A stretch of 64,000 bases of DNA from a candidate division FCPU426 bacterium (GCA_030041545.1 JASHNQ010000049.1:32374-96373); one strand, 5' to 3'; shown: positions 23,043 through 31,483, counted from the stretch's first letter. Translations and numbers: made by a program. The notes: generated by a model from the letters alone, not told the origin.

Positions 23043-23711
23043 TTAATTCGAAAGCACCCTTTCCTTCGCCTGGCCCTTGTTCGGCTGTGGCGTCAAACGA
23101 AGGTAAGGCCGCAGGGTCTTATAACCCTTGGGGAACCGTTCCTTCAGTTCCTTCTCGTCCTTCACGGCCGGCACGATGACCACGTCGTCCCCGTCCTTCC
23201 AGTTCACCGGGGTGGCCACTTTGTGGTTGTCCGTCAATTGCAAAGAATCGATCACCCGGAGAATTTCGTTGAAATTCCGACCCGTGCTGGCCGGGTAAGT
23301 GATGGTGGCCCGCACCTTTTTCTCCGGGTCGATGATGAAGACCGACCGGACCGTGGCGTTGGCCAGGGAATTGGGATGGATGAGGTCGTACAGCAACGAG
23401 ACCTTGTAGTCATGGTCCGCCAAGATGGGGAAATTCACCCGGGTTCCCTGGGTTTCGTTGATGTCCGGTATCCAACCCTTATGGTTCTCGACCGTGTCCA
23501 CGGAAAGGGCGATGACCTTTGCTCCCCTTTTCTCGAACTCAGGCTTCAACCTGGCGGTTTCGCCCAGTTCGGTGGTGCAGACAGGCGTGAAGTCCGCCGG
23601 ATGGGAAAACAAGACCACCCAGTTCTTTCCAGCCCATTCGTAGAATTGGATCCTGCCCTCGCTGGAATCCTGCGTGAAATCGGGCGCTACGTCTCCTAGT
23701 CTAAGTGCCAT
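23043..23711 (-). CDS. 1-Cys peroxiredoxin (Prx6 type)
   Basis: 222-aa ORF; …FTPVCTTELG… peroxidatic Cys motif, AhpC/TSA fold plus C-terminal 1-Cys Prx domain; RBS aggagg 7 nt before ATG. Confidence 0.9.
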   Translation of the reverse strand: MALRLGDVAPDFTQDSSEGRIQFYEWAGKNWVVLFSHPADFTPVCTTELGETARLKPEFEKRGAKVIALSVDTVENHKGWIPDINETQGTRVNFPILADHDYKVSLLYDLIHPNSLANATVRSVFIIDPEKKVRATITYPASTGRNFNEILRVIDSLQLTDNHKVATPVNWKDGDDVVIVPAVKDEKELKERFPKGYKTLRPYLRLTPQPNKGQAKERVLSN

Positions 23712-23746
23712 GACATGCCTCCTAAATTTTTTTAGAGGCGGTCCTT

Positions 23747-23789
23747 AAAACGAAAAACCCGGGACCGCTTCTGAAGGCGGCTCGGGTTT
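23747..23789 (-). terminator. Intrinsic terminator on minus strand between conserved element copy B and prx RBS
   Basis: Minus strand reads CCCGAGCCGC-cttcagaa-GCGGTCCCGGG followed by TTTTTCGTTTT; only about 35 nt before the prx RBS, i.e. leader-attenuator geometry. Confidence 0.5.
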
Positions 23790-23811
23790 CCTGGATTTCC
23801 GGAAAGCAGGC

Positions 23812-23895
23812 GCCGCTTTAGCTCCCTGTTCATTAATTTCCTAGGGAGAAGCTCCCTGGAAACCAATCCGGCCGGGGCAAGTTGACGAAAACCCT
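23812..23895 (-). ncRNA. Copy B of conserved intergenic element, in prx 5' leader
   Basis: CCGCTTTAGCtCcCTGTT-[cattaatttcctagggagaagctccctgg hairpin]-CCGGCCGGGGCAAGTTG; followed on minus strand by terminator 23747-23789. Confidence 0.5.
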
Positions 23896-23983
23896 TGTTT
23901 TTCAAGGTTTTCCGGGGTCCTTTTGGAACCCGCATTAAAGCCTCACCGGGGCGTTTTTGGTCAAAAACGCCTAAAACCGCCTG

Positions 23984-24024
23984 AAAACAAAAAACCCAGG
24001 CCGCTTTTAAAGCGGTCTGGGTTT
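23984..24024 (-). terminator. Intrinsic terminator on minus strand directly after conserved element copy C
   Basis: Minus strand: CCCAGACCGC-tttaaaa-GCGGCCTGGG followed by TTTTTTGTTTTC. Confidence 0.55.
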
Positions 24025-24048
24025 AGGAGCTTTCCCTTAAACTTTTAC

Positions 24049-24113
24049 CGCTTTAGCTCGCTGTTCGATTCCTTTAGGAATCACGCCGGAGCAAGTTGGA
24101 ACTTAAAGCCCGC
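24049..24113 (-). ncRNA. Copy C of conserved intergenic element, about 40 nt downstream of the CPBP gene stop
   Basis: CCGCTTTAGCtCgCTGTT-[cgattcctttaggaatc hairpin]-CGCCGGAGCAAGTTG. Confidence 0.5.
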
Positions 24114-24151
24114 GTTATGTGAAAGAATACTATCCAAACTGTCCGTTGTTG

Positions 24152-24973
24152 TCAATGGATTCTTTTCCGTTTCCAAAAAACCGCAATTCCAATGGCCCAA
24201 AACCAACAAAAAAACACCCTGAACAATTCCACACGGTTGCCGTGGGCGGCGACGGTTCCCACCAGGTTGATGCTGAAATGAAACAGGATGGCCGAAAGAA
24301 TGCTTCGGCGCGCGAGGTCGTAAATCCAGGTCATGACAACGGAAACGGGAAGGATGCCGGCAAAGAACAGGAAAAACCCAACCGTCCCTACGCCCAAGGT
24401 GGATTGGTAAGCACCCTTGAGAAAAAACAAGGGAAGGTGCCAGAGCCCCCACATCAACCCAAGGATCAAGCTGGCCCTCAGTGAACCGTGCCTGGCCCGC
24501 AAGCGGTCTAAGGCGTAGCCCCGCCAACCTAGTTCTTCGGGAACGGGCCCGAACAGGAACATGAAAACCAAGAAGACAGGAAGGGCCAGGGATTGGGGAA
24601 GAAACCCCTCGAAATAATGGATCGTGGTCAAATCGAGTTGAATGCCCCTGCCACCGATGAGGATGTCCACCCGACCCGCCAGCCAAGTCAAAAGCGGGAC
24701 CGCTAGGAGGGACAACTCCCAGCCCCGGAAATCCAGGCGTTTCCAATCCATGACTCTTCGCCAATAATCCCGTCGAACCTCATCTCCGCCTTCCCGGTAG
24801 GTGAAATAGATGCCGAAAACCATAGGGCCGATGCCGCCCAGGGCAAAACCCAGCTGGGTGATAAAATGCGTGGCATCCGGGCCCCAAAGGGCGGTTGGAA
24901 CCCAAAAGGCCCAGCTCCAAGCAAAAGTCAGGGTGAAGAAAAGCCAAGGGGAGGCCGCTGTCGTTTTTTTCAT
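24152..24973 (-). CDS. CPBP-family intramembrane metalloprotease (CAAX protease/Abi-like)
   Basis: 273-aa polytopic ORF with the three family motifs: PEELGWRGY (EExxxR), LWHLP (FxxxH), ILFHFSINL (HxxxN). Confidence 0.8.
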   Translation of the reverse strand: MKKTTAASPWLFFTLTFAWSWAFWVPTALWGPDATHFITQLGFALGGIGPMVFGIYFTYREGGDEVRRDYWRRVMDWKRLDFRGWELSLLAVPLLTWLAGRVDILIGGRGIQLDLTTIHYFEGFLPQSLALPVFLVFMFLFGPVPEELGWRGYALDRLRARHGSLRASLILGLMWGLWHLPLFFLKGAYQSTLGVGTVGFFLFFAGILPVSVVMTWIYDLARRSILSAILFHFSINLVGTVAAHGNRVELFRVFFCWFWAIGIAVFWKRKRIH

Positions 24974-25020
24974 AAGGCCGCCATGATGGGCTTCACGCTT
25001 TGTTCAAAACTCTCCGGCGA

Positions 25021-25341
25021 TTATTTCTTATGCTTCCTCAAAACTTCCTTTGCGGAAACACCCCTTCCGTCCCGCGCCGTCCGTTCGGCGATGGCCTCGA
25101 TTTCTTTTGCCTCTTCCGCCGTAGGTTTGAGGAAGGTTAATTCGGCGTGGTCGGCCACGGCCCGGTAGACGATGTCGGCGATCTTTTTAGCAAGGGGATG
25201 GTGGCCGAACTCTTCGTTTAAGGTCTGGGCCACGGCATGGTCGATGAACTGGTTGATGCTCTTGTAATGAAGCTTATTTTTAACCAGGTTTTCCAGTTTG
25301 CGTTTTCCCATCCTCGGACGGTAACTGATAACGCCTTCCAT
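25021..25341 (-). CDS. Small hypothetical protein (about 100 aa), possible antitoxin-like partner of upstream gene
   Basis: ORF 25021..25371; contains …KSINQFIDHAVAQTLNEE… resembling a ribbon-helix-helix segment; start uncertain; 30-nt spacing to the upstream ORF. Confidence 0.35.
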   Translation of the reverse strand: MEGVISYRPRMGKRKLENLVKNKLHYKSINQFIDHAVAQTLNEEFGHHPLAKKIADIVYRAVADHAELTFLKPTAEEAKEIEAIAERTARDGRGVSAKEVLRKHKK

Positions 25342-25402
25342 AAAAACCCCCGTACCCCAGTTGGCGGGCACGGGTTAATTGTATGCTACTTGTATGCTTT
25401 TT

Positions 25403-25708
25403 TCAAGAAGAAGGATGTGAAGTGGGTGGCCTGGGACGGAAACGCGTGAGGATCACTCTCTCGACCACGTGATTTTTGTCGTAATAGACCTTTCCCTGGA
25501 TATCAAAGGGGATATGGTGGTCCGATTTGAAGACATCCATCCCCAGGTGGTCATGAAGGTCCACCCAATCCTCGGGGGGAAAATCAACCAGGTCTTCCAG
25601 GTAACGGCGGGCCCAGTCCCGCACGAGGGGCTTGCCGCATCGTTGAATCTCGCCGAACTCCCGCTCCGCCTCGGGGCTGAATAGGATTTCCACTTCCACG
25701 CGCTTCAT
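25403..25708 (-). CDS. Small hypothetical protein (101 aa), weak RelE/ParE-like pattern
   Basis: N-terminal …VEILFSPEAEREFGEI… and C-terminal …IPFDIQGKVYYDKNHVVERVILTRF resemble the RelE/ParE toxin fold pattern; inference only. Confidence 0.35.
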   Translation of the reverse strand: MKRVEVEILFSPEAEREFGEIQRCGKPLVRDWARRYLEDLVDFPPEDWVDLHDHLGMDVFKSDHHIPFDIQGKVYYDKNHVVERVILTRFRPRPPTSHPSS

Positions 25709-25868
25709 CCAAGTTCCCCTTCTCCCGGCCGGGTAGCTTTTGCAACAGCCTTGCGAAGACCAGGAGGAAAGTATACACTTGTATTCTTTTTGTTTTCAAG
25801 CGTTTTAGCGAAAAATTGGATTTTTATTTGAAAAGGCGGACGGAAATCTTACAGTTTTCGGAAAGAAA

Positions 25869-26567
25869 TCAGGATGCGCAAAGGGGTTGAGGCGTTTCAG
25901 CCCCAACCTTGCCCTTGCCGCAAGCCTCACAGTTGGGATTCCGTTGTGGGGTGATTGACCGGGCTTCCCTTTTTTGGGCGTCCACCTTCCAAAGCCGGAA
26001 GGGTCCTTGGCCTTCCGCGAGCCGAAGGGCCTCATGGGCCTGGAGATAGCCGATAGCCTGTGAAAAGGAGCCTAGGACCCCCGCTTCCTGGCAGGTGGGC
26101 ATGGCGAAGGGCGGCGGAATTTTAGGGATCAGGCACCTCAGGCAGGCCGTCTTCCCAGGCAAAACCGGCAAGACTTGGCCCTCGAACTTGACCACGCCCG
26201 CATGAACATAGGGTTTTCCCAGATTCACGCACCAATCATTCAGGAAAAATTTCTTTTCCAGTCGGTCCAGCCCGTCGATAACAAGATCATATTCGGAAAG
26301 GATTTTTTCCGCGTTTTGCGCGCCCAATGCCTCCGGAATCAGGGCCGTCTTGCACCGGGAATAATGGTTTTTCAGGTAGTCCGCAGCCGCTTCAACCTTG
26401 AGTCGGCCCAAATCCTTCTCGGAATAAAGAATCTGCCGGTGCAGGTTGGAGGGTTCCACCTTATCGGGGTCCATCAAGCCCAGGTTTTCCACGCCGGCTT
26501 CCGCCAGGGCCAGGGACGCGGGACACCCCAGTCCACCCACCCCTACCACTAAAATCCGTTTCTTCAT
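25869..26567 (-). CDS. ThiF/MoeB/HesA-family E1-like adenylyltransferase (232 aa)
   Basis: MKKRILVVGVGGLGCPASLALAEAGV… Rossmann GxGxxG; …NLHRQ…; family-typical length. Confidence 0.8.
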   Translation of the reverse strand: MKKRILVVGVGGLGCPASLALAEAGVENLGLMDPDKVEPSNLHRQILYSEKDLGRLKVEAAADYLKNHYSRCKTALIPEALGAQNAEKILSEYDLVIDGLDRLEKKFFLNDWCVNLGKPYVHAGVVKFEGQVLPVLPGKTACLRCLIPKIPPPFAMPTCQEAGVLGSFSQAIGYLQAHEALRLAEGQGPFRLWKVDAQKREARSITPQRNPNCEACGKGKVGAETPQPLCAS

Positions 26568-26574
26568 CGCTTCC

Positions 26575-26763
26575 TCACATCAAACTGAAGACCATTATGA
26601 CGGCGCCGAGGCCGATCAAGCCGTAAGAGACGGCGAACAGGACCCAGTATGGCCATGGGACGCCTTTTTCATTTTGGGCCGGGTATAAGTCGAAGAGGCG
26701 GGAGAACCGGTTGATCCCAAAACCCAGGATGGCCAGGCAAAGCCCGCCAAAAAATTGATCCAT
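26575..26763 (-). CDS. Small membrane protein (62 aa), hypothetical
   Basis: Internal Met of ORF 26575..26928; two hydrophobic segments (MDQFFGGLCLAILGFGI…YWVLFAVSYGLIGLGAVIMVFSLM); the 5' part of the ORF overlaps the upstream gene. Confidence 0.25.
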   Translation of the reverse strand: MDQFFGGLCLAILGFGINRFSRLFDLYPAQNEKGVPWPYWVLFAVSYGLIGLGAVIMVFSLM

Positions 26764-26774
26764 CTGGCGCTCCC

Positions 26775-28259
26775 TTAAAAGCCAGCCCCATTGGAGTCTT
26801 CTTGTCCTGGCGCGGTCTTGATAAGGACAAGTTGATTGATATTCTCTCCATCCTTCGTGTAAAGGACCGTATATTGCCCTGGAGGCGCGTCTTTCCCGCC
26901 ATCGTCCTTGCCGTCCCATTGCACCCATTCGTCTTGTTCCGCCACAACGCGCTTCTCAAACAAATTTCTCAAATGGGCGCCGGTATTATCCACGACTTCC
27001 AGCCGGTAAATGCCCGGGCCGTCGGCGAAACTAATGTAGATATTAGCATCCATCTTTTGGAAAACAACGGTTTGGGCCTTGGCCGCGGTGGGTAAGTCGG
27101 CCACAGCGGTTGTTGGGGTGGTTGCCACTACCGTCGGCGCCGCGGCAGGCGCACTCATTTTATAAGGATCCGCCAGGCTTGTGGTTTCGAAACCAGGAAT
27201 GAGCGTGGGAGTCGGCAGTAAGCGGCGGGCTTTTCTTAAAAGAGGCTGGATCGCCGGTTGGGTGGTGAAAGTGGGTGTCGGACAGGACAACGGCGTCCAA
27301 GCCGATATATACCCCAAAGCCCCGGTTGGCTTCGGGGTGCTCGTGTCCCGGGGAATGGTGGTCCAAGTGGCTGTCGGCCACGAAGTAAAGGTGACAGTTG
27401 GCATAAGCATCGGTTTCCAAACCAAAACCGGCGCCGGCAACGGTGTCTCAGTCGGCGAAGGCGCAAAGCTGGGGGGGAGCATGATGCGTTGGGGCAGTAT
27501 GGGAATTTCCGTTGGCGTGGGTGGCGGAACCTTGTACGGCCGTCCGGATGCGGCGTCCATCGGGGCCGGCGCGCAAACCGGGTTGGAAGCGATATCGAGG
27601 TGAAATTCCCTGCGGTAAAGATGCTTCTCACCCTCGTATTGGACCTTGAAAGTTTCTCCGGCGGCGGAAAGAAATTGGATGGGCTGCCCGGTTTCAGGAT
27701 CCACCAGGGATGCCACCCCCGGGATCGCCGCGCCAAGGGCGAAAGGCGCGGCCCAAGTCGCATCGTGAAAGAACCGCCGTTGCCAATCCCGGGGCTCTTC
27801 CATTTCCCGGTTTGGAAGGTAATAGGCTTTTTGATCTCCCGTATCGTTGCTGGACAGGGCCATTTCCGTCCCGTCGGAAAAGCGAAGCCTCAGGATGTAG
27901 GCCAATCCGATTTGGCCGTTTAGCGGCCGCGGGTTGTGGTAGGCATTGTCGTTCGCAATGGCCAGGACATTATCGTTTTGGAAGTAGCAGAGGTGTTTCG
28001 GCAGGCATTGGACGGTTTGAAAGCCCTTGGGCTCGGGCGTGGTGGGCTGGCTTTCCCGGATGGGGATGCCGTTAAGCCAAACATCCGCCCAGCCATCAAC
28101 CGCGAGGTAAAGGGTGGCCGACTTTAAGTAGGTAGAAGAAACCTGTGCTAGCGCCGAAGAACAAAACAGAGCGGAAAGCGGTATCCATCCCCATAGAATC
28201 AGTTTTGAGTTTTGAGTCCTAAGTTTTGAGTTATTGATGTTTTTGAACCTCCGGTTCAA
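26775..28259 (-). CDS. Secreted protein with N-terminal signal peptide, long Pro/Thr-rich linker and C-terminal FlgD-like Ig / sorting-type domain
   Basis: 494-aa ORF; signal peptide …LSALFCSSALAQ; about 150-aa P/T-rich low-complexity segment; C-terminus …GIYRLEVVDNTGAHLRNLF…WDGKDDGGKDAPPGQYTVLY… matches the FlgD-Ig/Por-type C-terminal domain pattern. Confidence 0.6.
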   Translation of the reverse strand: MNRRFKNINNSKLRTQNSKLILWGWIPLSALFCSSALAQVSSTYLKSATLYLAVDGWADVWLNGIPIRESQPTTPEPKGFQTVQCLPKHLCYFQNDNVLAIANDNAYHNPRPLNGQIGLAYILRLRFSDGTEMALSSNDTGDQKAYYLPNREMEEPRDWQRRFFHDATWAAPFALGAAIPGVASLVDPETGQPIQFLSAAGETFKVQYEGEKHLYRREFHLDIASNPVCAPAPMDAASGRPYKVPPPTPTEIPILPQRIMLPPSFAPSPTETPLPAPVLVWKPMLMPTVTFTSWPTATWTTIPRDTSTPKPTGALGYISAWTPLSCPTPTFTTQPAIQPLLRKARRLLPTPTLIPGFETTSLADPYKMSAPAAAPTVVATTPTTAVADLPTAAKAQTVVFQKMDANIYISFADGPGIYRLEVVDNTGAHLRNLFEKRVVAEQDEWVQWDGKDDGGKDAPPGQYTVLYTKDGENINQLVLIKTAPGQEDSNGAGF

Positions 28260-28286
28260 AAACGTCCACCATTAAAAATTTAAAAT

Positions 28287-29237
28287 TCATGATTTCTGGG
28301 ACCTGTATTGCTGGACGAAAAAAGCCACCTCGGCGCCGAACAAAAGGATGGTCCAGGAGAGGTAAAACCAGATGAGGATCACCGGGAATACCCACAGCGC
28401 CCCGTAAACGTGGCTCCTCTCGAAGACTTTCAAGGTGTACCAGTTCATGCCCCACCGGGCCGTCTGCAGGAGAATGGCCGCCACCAAACCCGTCAAGGCG
28501 GCCGACCGGGCTTCCACCTTGGCGTTGGGAACCCAGGCGTACATCCAGGCGCAAGCCGCCCACAAAGACAAAAAAGGCAGGACCGTTGCGAACAACCAAT
28601 GGCGGAAGGATGGATGCAGGACATTGAGGCTTCCGGCCCAACCCCTTAGGGTTAATAGAAAAAGCCCCACCAAAGGCAAGCCGATAAAAAAGGTCGCGTG
28701 GCGGATCATTTGCGCCAAAAGGGGCCGCGGCTTTTCCACACCCCAAAGGTAGTTGAAAGAATGTTCCACGTCCCGCATTAAGAAAAGGACGATCAAAAGG
28801 AACCCCAAAAAACCGATCAACCCCACGTTCTTCGAATAAAGGGCGAATTTCCTCATGGAAATACGGATTTGTTGTTTTCCCAACTGGTTTAATTGTTCCA
28901 GGTATTGGGGCTCGTCGGGGTCCAGGATGGAATTCGTGGACTGGGTCTGGATGGGATAAATCGCGTCCACGATCTGGCTCAGCAATTGTTCCCGTTTTTG
29001 GGCGAAGGCGTCGTTGGAAAGGACTGCCATAAGGATAGCCAAGGCCGGCACCAGGGCCAGGATGGTTTTGAAAGCCAGGGAGCTGGCGTAAAGGCGTTTG
29101 TGCCCGCGGTGGGGCCGGCCGCCAGTGCCCAATGCTTTTCCGGCGGCCCAAAGGATGGCTTTCAGGTCCTGCCAAATTCCGCTGGGGCGCCGGGGGTGCT
29201 TTTGCAGCCTTTGGCGGCCGTAAAAATAATTCGCCAA
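28287..29237 (-). CDS. YihY/BrkB-family inner membrane protein
   Basis: 316-aa ORF, 6 TM segments, family-typical …YASSLAFKTILALVPALAIL… and …WTILLFGAEVAFF…. Confidence 0.8.
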   Translation of the reverse strand: MANYFYGRQRLQKHPRRPSGIWQDLKAILWAAGKALGTGGRPHRGHKRLYASSLAFKTILALVPALAILMAVLSNDAFAQKREQLLSQIVDAIYPIQTQSTNSILDPDEPQYLEQLNQLGKQQIRISMRKFALYSKNVGLIGFLGFLLIVLFLMRDVEHSFNYLWGVEKPRPLLAQMIRHATFFIGLPLVGLFLLTLRGWAGSLNVLHPSFRHWLFATVLPFLSLWAACAWMYAWVPNAKVEARSAALTGLVAAILLQTARWGMNWYTLKVFERSHVYGALWVFPVILIWFYLSWTILLFGAEVAFFVQQYRSQKS

Positions 29238-29332
29238 GGATTTCCTTCATAAACGCTAAAATGAGCCCCATTGTAGACGAAACCGGCGACCGTTAGGTTT
29301 GGATTTCTTTATTCCCTTTCCAAGGATCCAAT

Positions 29333-29938
29333 TTGGGTAACAAAAAAATCCTGCTCTACGAGACACCGCCCGAGTGGGCCACAGGAGTCCTTCAAGACCC
29401 CTTGGCCCTTCTCTCGGACCAGGCCTACCTGGAAAAAAAGGCCGCCAATAACGCGTTGGAGTTCCTGAACCTTTGGCCCGGCGCCAAGGCCCCGGTCTAT
29501 TGGCTTTCCTCGGTGGCCGCCATTGCGGGGGACGAAACCGCCCATCTCAAGATGGTTTTAAGGCTTTTGGAAAAAAAGGGTGGCGCCTTGGAAAAATCGC
29601 ACAAAAACCCTTATGCGGTGGATTTGAACCTTTTGGTCCGAAGGGGCAAGGGGAACCAGGATTTGGCGGACCGGTTATTGATTTCCGCCTTGATTGAGGC
29701 CCGCTCCTGCGAAAGATTTAAGAGGCTGGTGGAAGCCTGTGAAGATGCTGAATTGGCGCGGTTTTACTCGGGCTTGATCGAATCGGAAAACGGCCATCAC
29801 CGGCTCTTCGTGAACATGGCCAAAAAGATCCTGCTCGCCCACGAAGTCGAGGTCCGTTGGAGCCGGTTAGTGGAGGAGGAAGCTCAAATTATCCAAAAGC
29901 AGCCGGCCGGTCCCCGGATCCACAGCGGTATGGCCTAA
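29333..29938 (+). CDS. miaE: tRNA-(ms2io6A)-hydroxylase-like ferritin-fold diiron protein
   Basis: 201-aa ORF; …LLSDQAYLEKKAANNALEF… and …ALIEARSCERF…ESENGHH… diiron ExxH-type motifs matching the MiaE family. Confidence 0.7.
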   Translation: MGNKKILLYETPPEWATGVLQDPLALLSDQAYLEKKAANNALEFLNLWPGAKAPVYWLSSVAAIAGDETAHLKMVLRLLEKKGGALEKSHKNPYAVDLNLLVRRGKGNQDLADRLLISALIEARSCERFKRLVEACEDAELARFYSGLIESENGHHRLFVNMAKKILLAHEVEVRWSRLVEEEAQIIQKQPAGPRIHSGMA

Positions 29939-29952
29939 GAACAATGCCGGCC

Positions 29953-30585
29953 TTAAGTGGACGCCTGGCGTAAGGCCTTTTCAAAAACCTCCACGCCTTG
30001 GGCTCCGGAAACGGCGACTTTCCCATTGAAGATAAAAAAAGGAACGCCTGTAACACCCGTGTCGTAGGCTTTCTCCTCGGCTTCCCGGACTTCTTGCTCG
30101 TATTGGCGGCTGGCCAGCAGCATTTCCACTTTTCCCCTTTCCAAACCCACCGAGACGGCGAGATCCATCAAAACCTTCTTATCCCCCAGGTTCTTCCCCT
30201 GCGTGAAGTAAGCCTTGAAGAAGGCATTCTGGGCTTCGTTGCCCTTGCCTTCCTTCTCCGCAAGCCAAAGCACCCGGTGAGCGTTCAAGGTGTTGGGTGT
30301 CTTTTGAATGGCGTCAAACCGGTAATCGATCCCCGCTTCTTTGCCCAGCGCCGCCAGGCGGGCGTGGGCCGCGTCCAAGGCATGGGCACTCCCAAACTTG
30401 GCCGCAAGATGGGCTTTGTGATCCAGCCCTTCCTCGGGCGTGGCGGGGTTCAACTCATAGGGCATAAATCGGACGGTAAAATTCGCTTGGCCCGGAACGG
30501 ATTTCAGAGCGGTCTCCAGGCGCTTCTTCCCCAAATAACACCAAGGACAGATCACGTCAGAATAGACTTCAATCGTGATAGGCAC
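29953..30585 (-). CDS. DsbA-family thiol:disulfide oxidoreductase (FrnE / 2-hydroxychromene-2-carboxylate isomerase-like)
   Basis: 210-aa ORF starting MPITIEVYSDVICPWCYLGKKRLE (CPWC active site). Confidence 0.8.
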   Translation of the reverse strand: MPITIEVYSDVICPWCYLGKKRLETALKSVPGQANFTVRFMPYELNPATPEEGLDHKAHLAAKFGSAHALDAAHARLAALGKEAGIDYRFDAIQKTPNTLNAHRVLWLAEKEGKGNEAQNAFFKAYFTQGKNLGDKKVLMDLAVSVGLERGKVEMLLASRQYEQEVREAEEKAYDTGVTGVPFFIFNGKVAVSGAQGVEVFEKALRQAST

Positions 30586-30826
30586 CGCTTTCTCCTCGGC
30601 CCCCCAAAAAGTGACATAAGATAATCATCGCATAGGAGGCAAATCAAGGAGGTCATTCTAAAAAGGTCAGGGAAAAATTGGCGTGGTGCGCGTTTCAGCA
30701 TGGAGCCGCGAATGTTTGCGGACCATGACGGTTTTTTCGCACAACAAGAAATGCGTTTTTCCACGGCATCGGGGGGAGAACGGAATCCTTTCGCCGGGCC
30801 ACAAACGATGAAATTTAGCGAAAAAA

Positions 30827-30843
30827 CTACGAGTAGTGGGTGG
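30827..30843. repeat. Left copy of 17-bp inverted repeat (CTACGAGTAGTGGGTGG) flanking the XRE regulator gene
   Basis: Reverse complement of 31365-31381 matches 16/17. Confidence 0.6.
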
Positions 30844-30875
30844 TATAAACTTTACATTCTTCATACATTGATTTT

Positions 30876-31094
30876 ATGAACGAGCAAGCTATCATCCATC
30901 AATTCGGATGCAACGTGCGCAAATTAAGGTTAAAGAGGCAATGGACCCAGGAACAGTTGGCGCAACATTCCGGCCTAACCCCCAACTTCATCGGTTTTGT
31001 CGAGCGGGGCGAAAGAAACATTACGCTTAAAAACGCCGTTAAGATCGCGAAGGGCCTTAATTTCCCCGTCCACAAGTTATTCGAAGGCATTTAA
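30876..31094 (+). CDS. XRE-family helix-turn-helix transcriptional regulator (72 aa)
   Basis: …RLKRQWTQEQLAQHSGLTPNFIGFVERGERNITLKNAVKIAKGL… canonical Cro/C1 HTH. Confidence 0.75.
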   Translation: MNEQAIIHQFGCNVRKLRLKRQWTQEQLAQHSGLTPNFIGFVERGERNITLKNAVKIAKGLNFPVHKLFEGI

Positions 31095-31140
31095 CCGGCC
31101 AAGGGGAAACCCGTGCGGTTCCCTTGGCGCGGCGGCGGAA

Positions 31141-31305
31141 TTACGGTTTGTCTATTTTTCCTAGGTACAACACCCTCTCCAAGGGCCATTGCTTTTCCCG
31201 TAAACATTGAAGGAGGGCTTCCGCCGAATCCTCGGCTTCAATCTTAATTGTTTCTTCCGTCCCCATGAGCCGGAAAAAGTAAGTATTGGAATCTTCTTTC
31301 ATCAT
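31141..31305 (-). CDS. Possible small ORF (54 aa) convergent with XRE gene
   Basis: ATGATG start preceded by ggagga; translation MMKEDSNTYFFRLMGTEETIKIEAEDSAEALLQCLREKQWPLERVLYLGKIDKP; no similarity recognised. Confidence 0.2.
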   Translation of the reverse strand: MMKEDSNTYFFRLMGTEETIKIEAEDSAEALLQCLREKQWPLERVLYLGKIDKP

Positions 31306-31364
31306 TTCCTCCGAAAAGGGGTCGTCACCGGAGGAATCACTTTGCCCTAGACTTGGCGGTTAGG

Positions 31365-31381
31365 CCACTCACTACTCGTAG
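31365..31381. repeat. Right copy of 17-bp inverted repeat (CCACTCACTACTCGTAG)
   Basis: Pairs with 30827-30843. Confidence 0.6.
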
Positions 31382-31483
31382 TATTTGCCGCCAGAACAAT
31401 AAATGGCGCCATTGAAAATGTTCAGCCCAAAGAAAAGGCAAAAAACTGAATTATTTTGAAATTTGGGTCGTTATGATGGCCCC

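Noticed and set aside
22736-23179. 147-aa plus-strand ORF across the porin-prx intergenic region
   Set aside because: It overlaps the 3' end of the peroxiredoxin gene on the opposite strand and consists largely of repeat-element sequence. It is low-complexity and Pro/Arg-rich, so it is judged spurious.
24119-24484. 121-aa plus-strand ORF
   Set aside because: It is antisense to the CPBP protease gene and has a low-complexity, Lys/Gly/Pro-rich translation.
28231-29271. 346-aa minus-strand ORF overlapping yihY in another frame
   Set aside because: The alternative frame (28287..29237) gives a clean YihY/BrkB membrane protein. This frame is Arg/Pro/Gly-rich and is a shadow.
30552-30864. Two short minus-strand ORFs (70 and 65 aa) in the DsbA-XRE intergenic region
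   Set aside because: They have no RBS and an odd composition. The region is better explained as a promoter/operator region containing the left inverted repeat.
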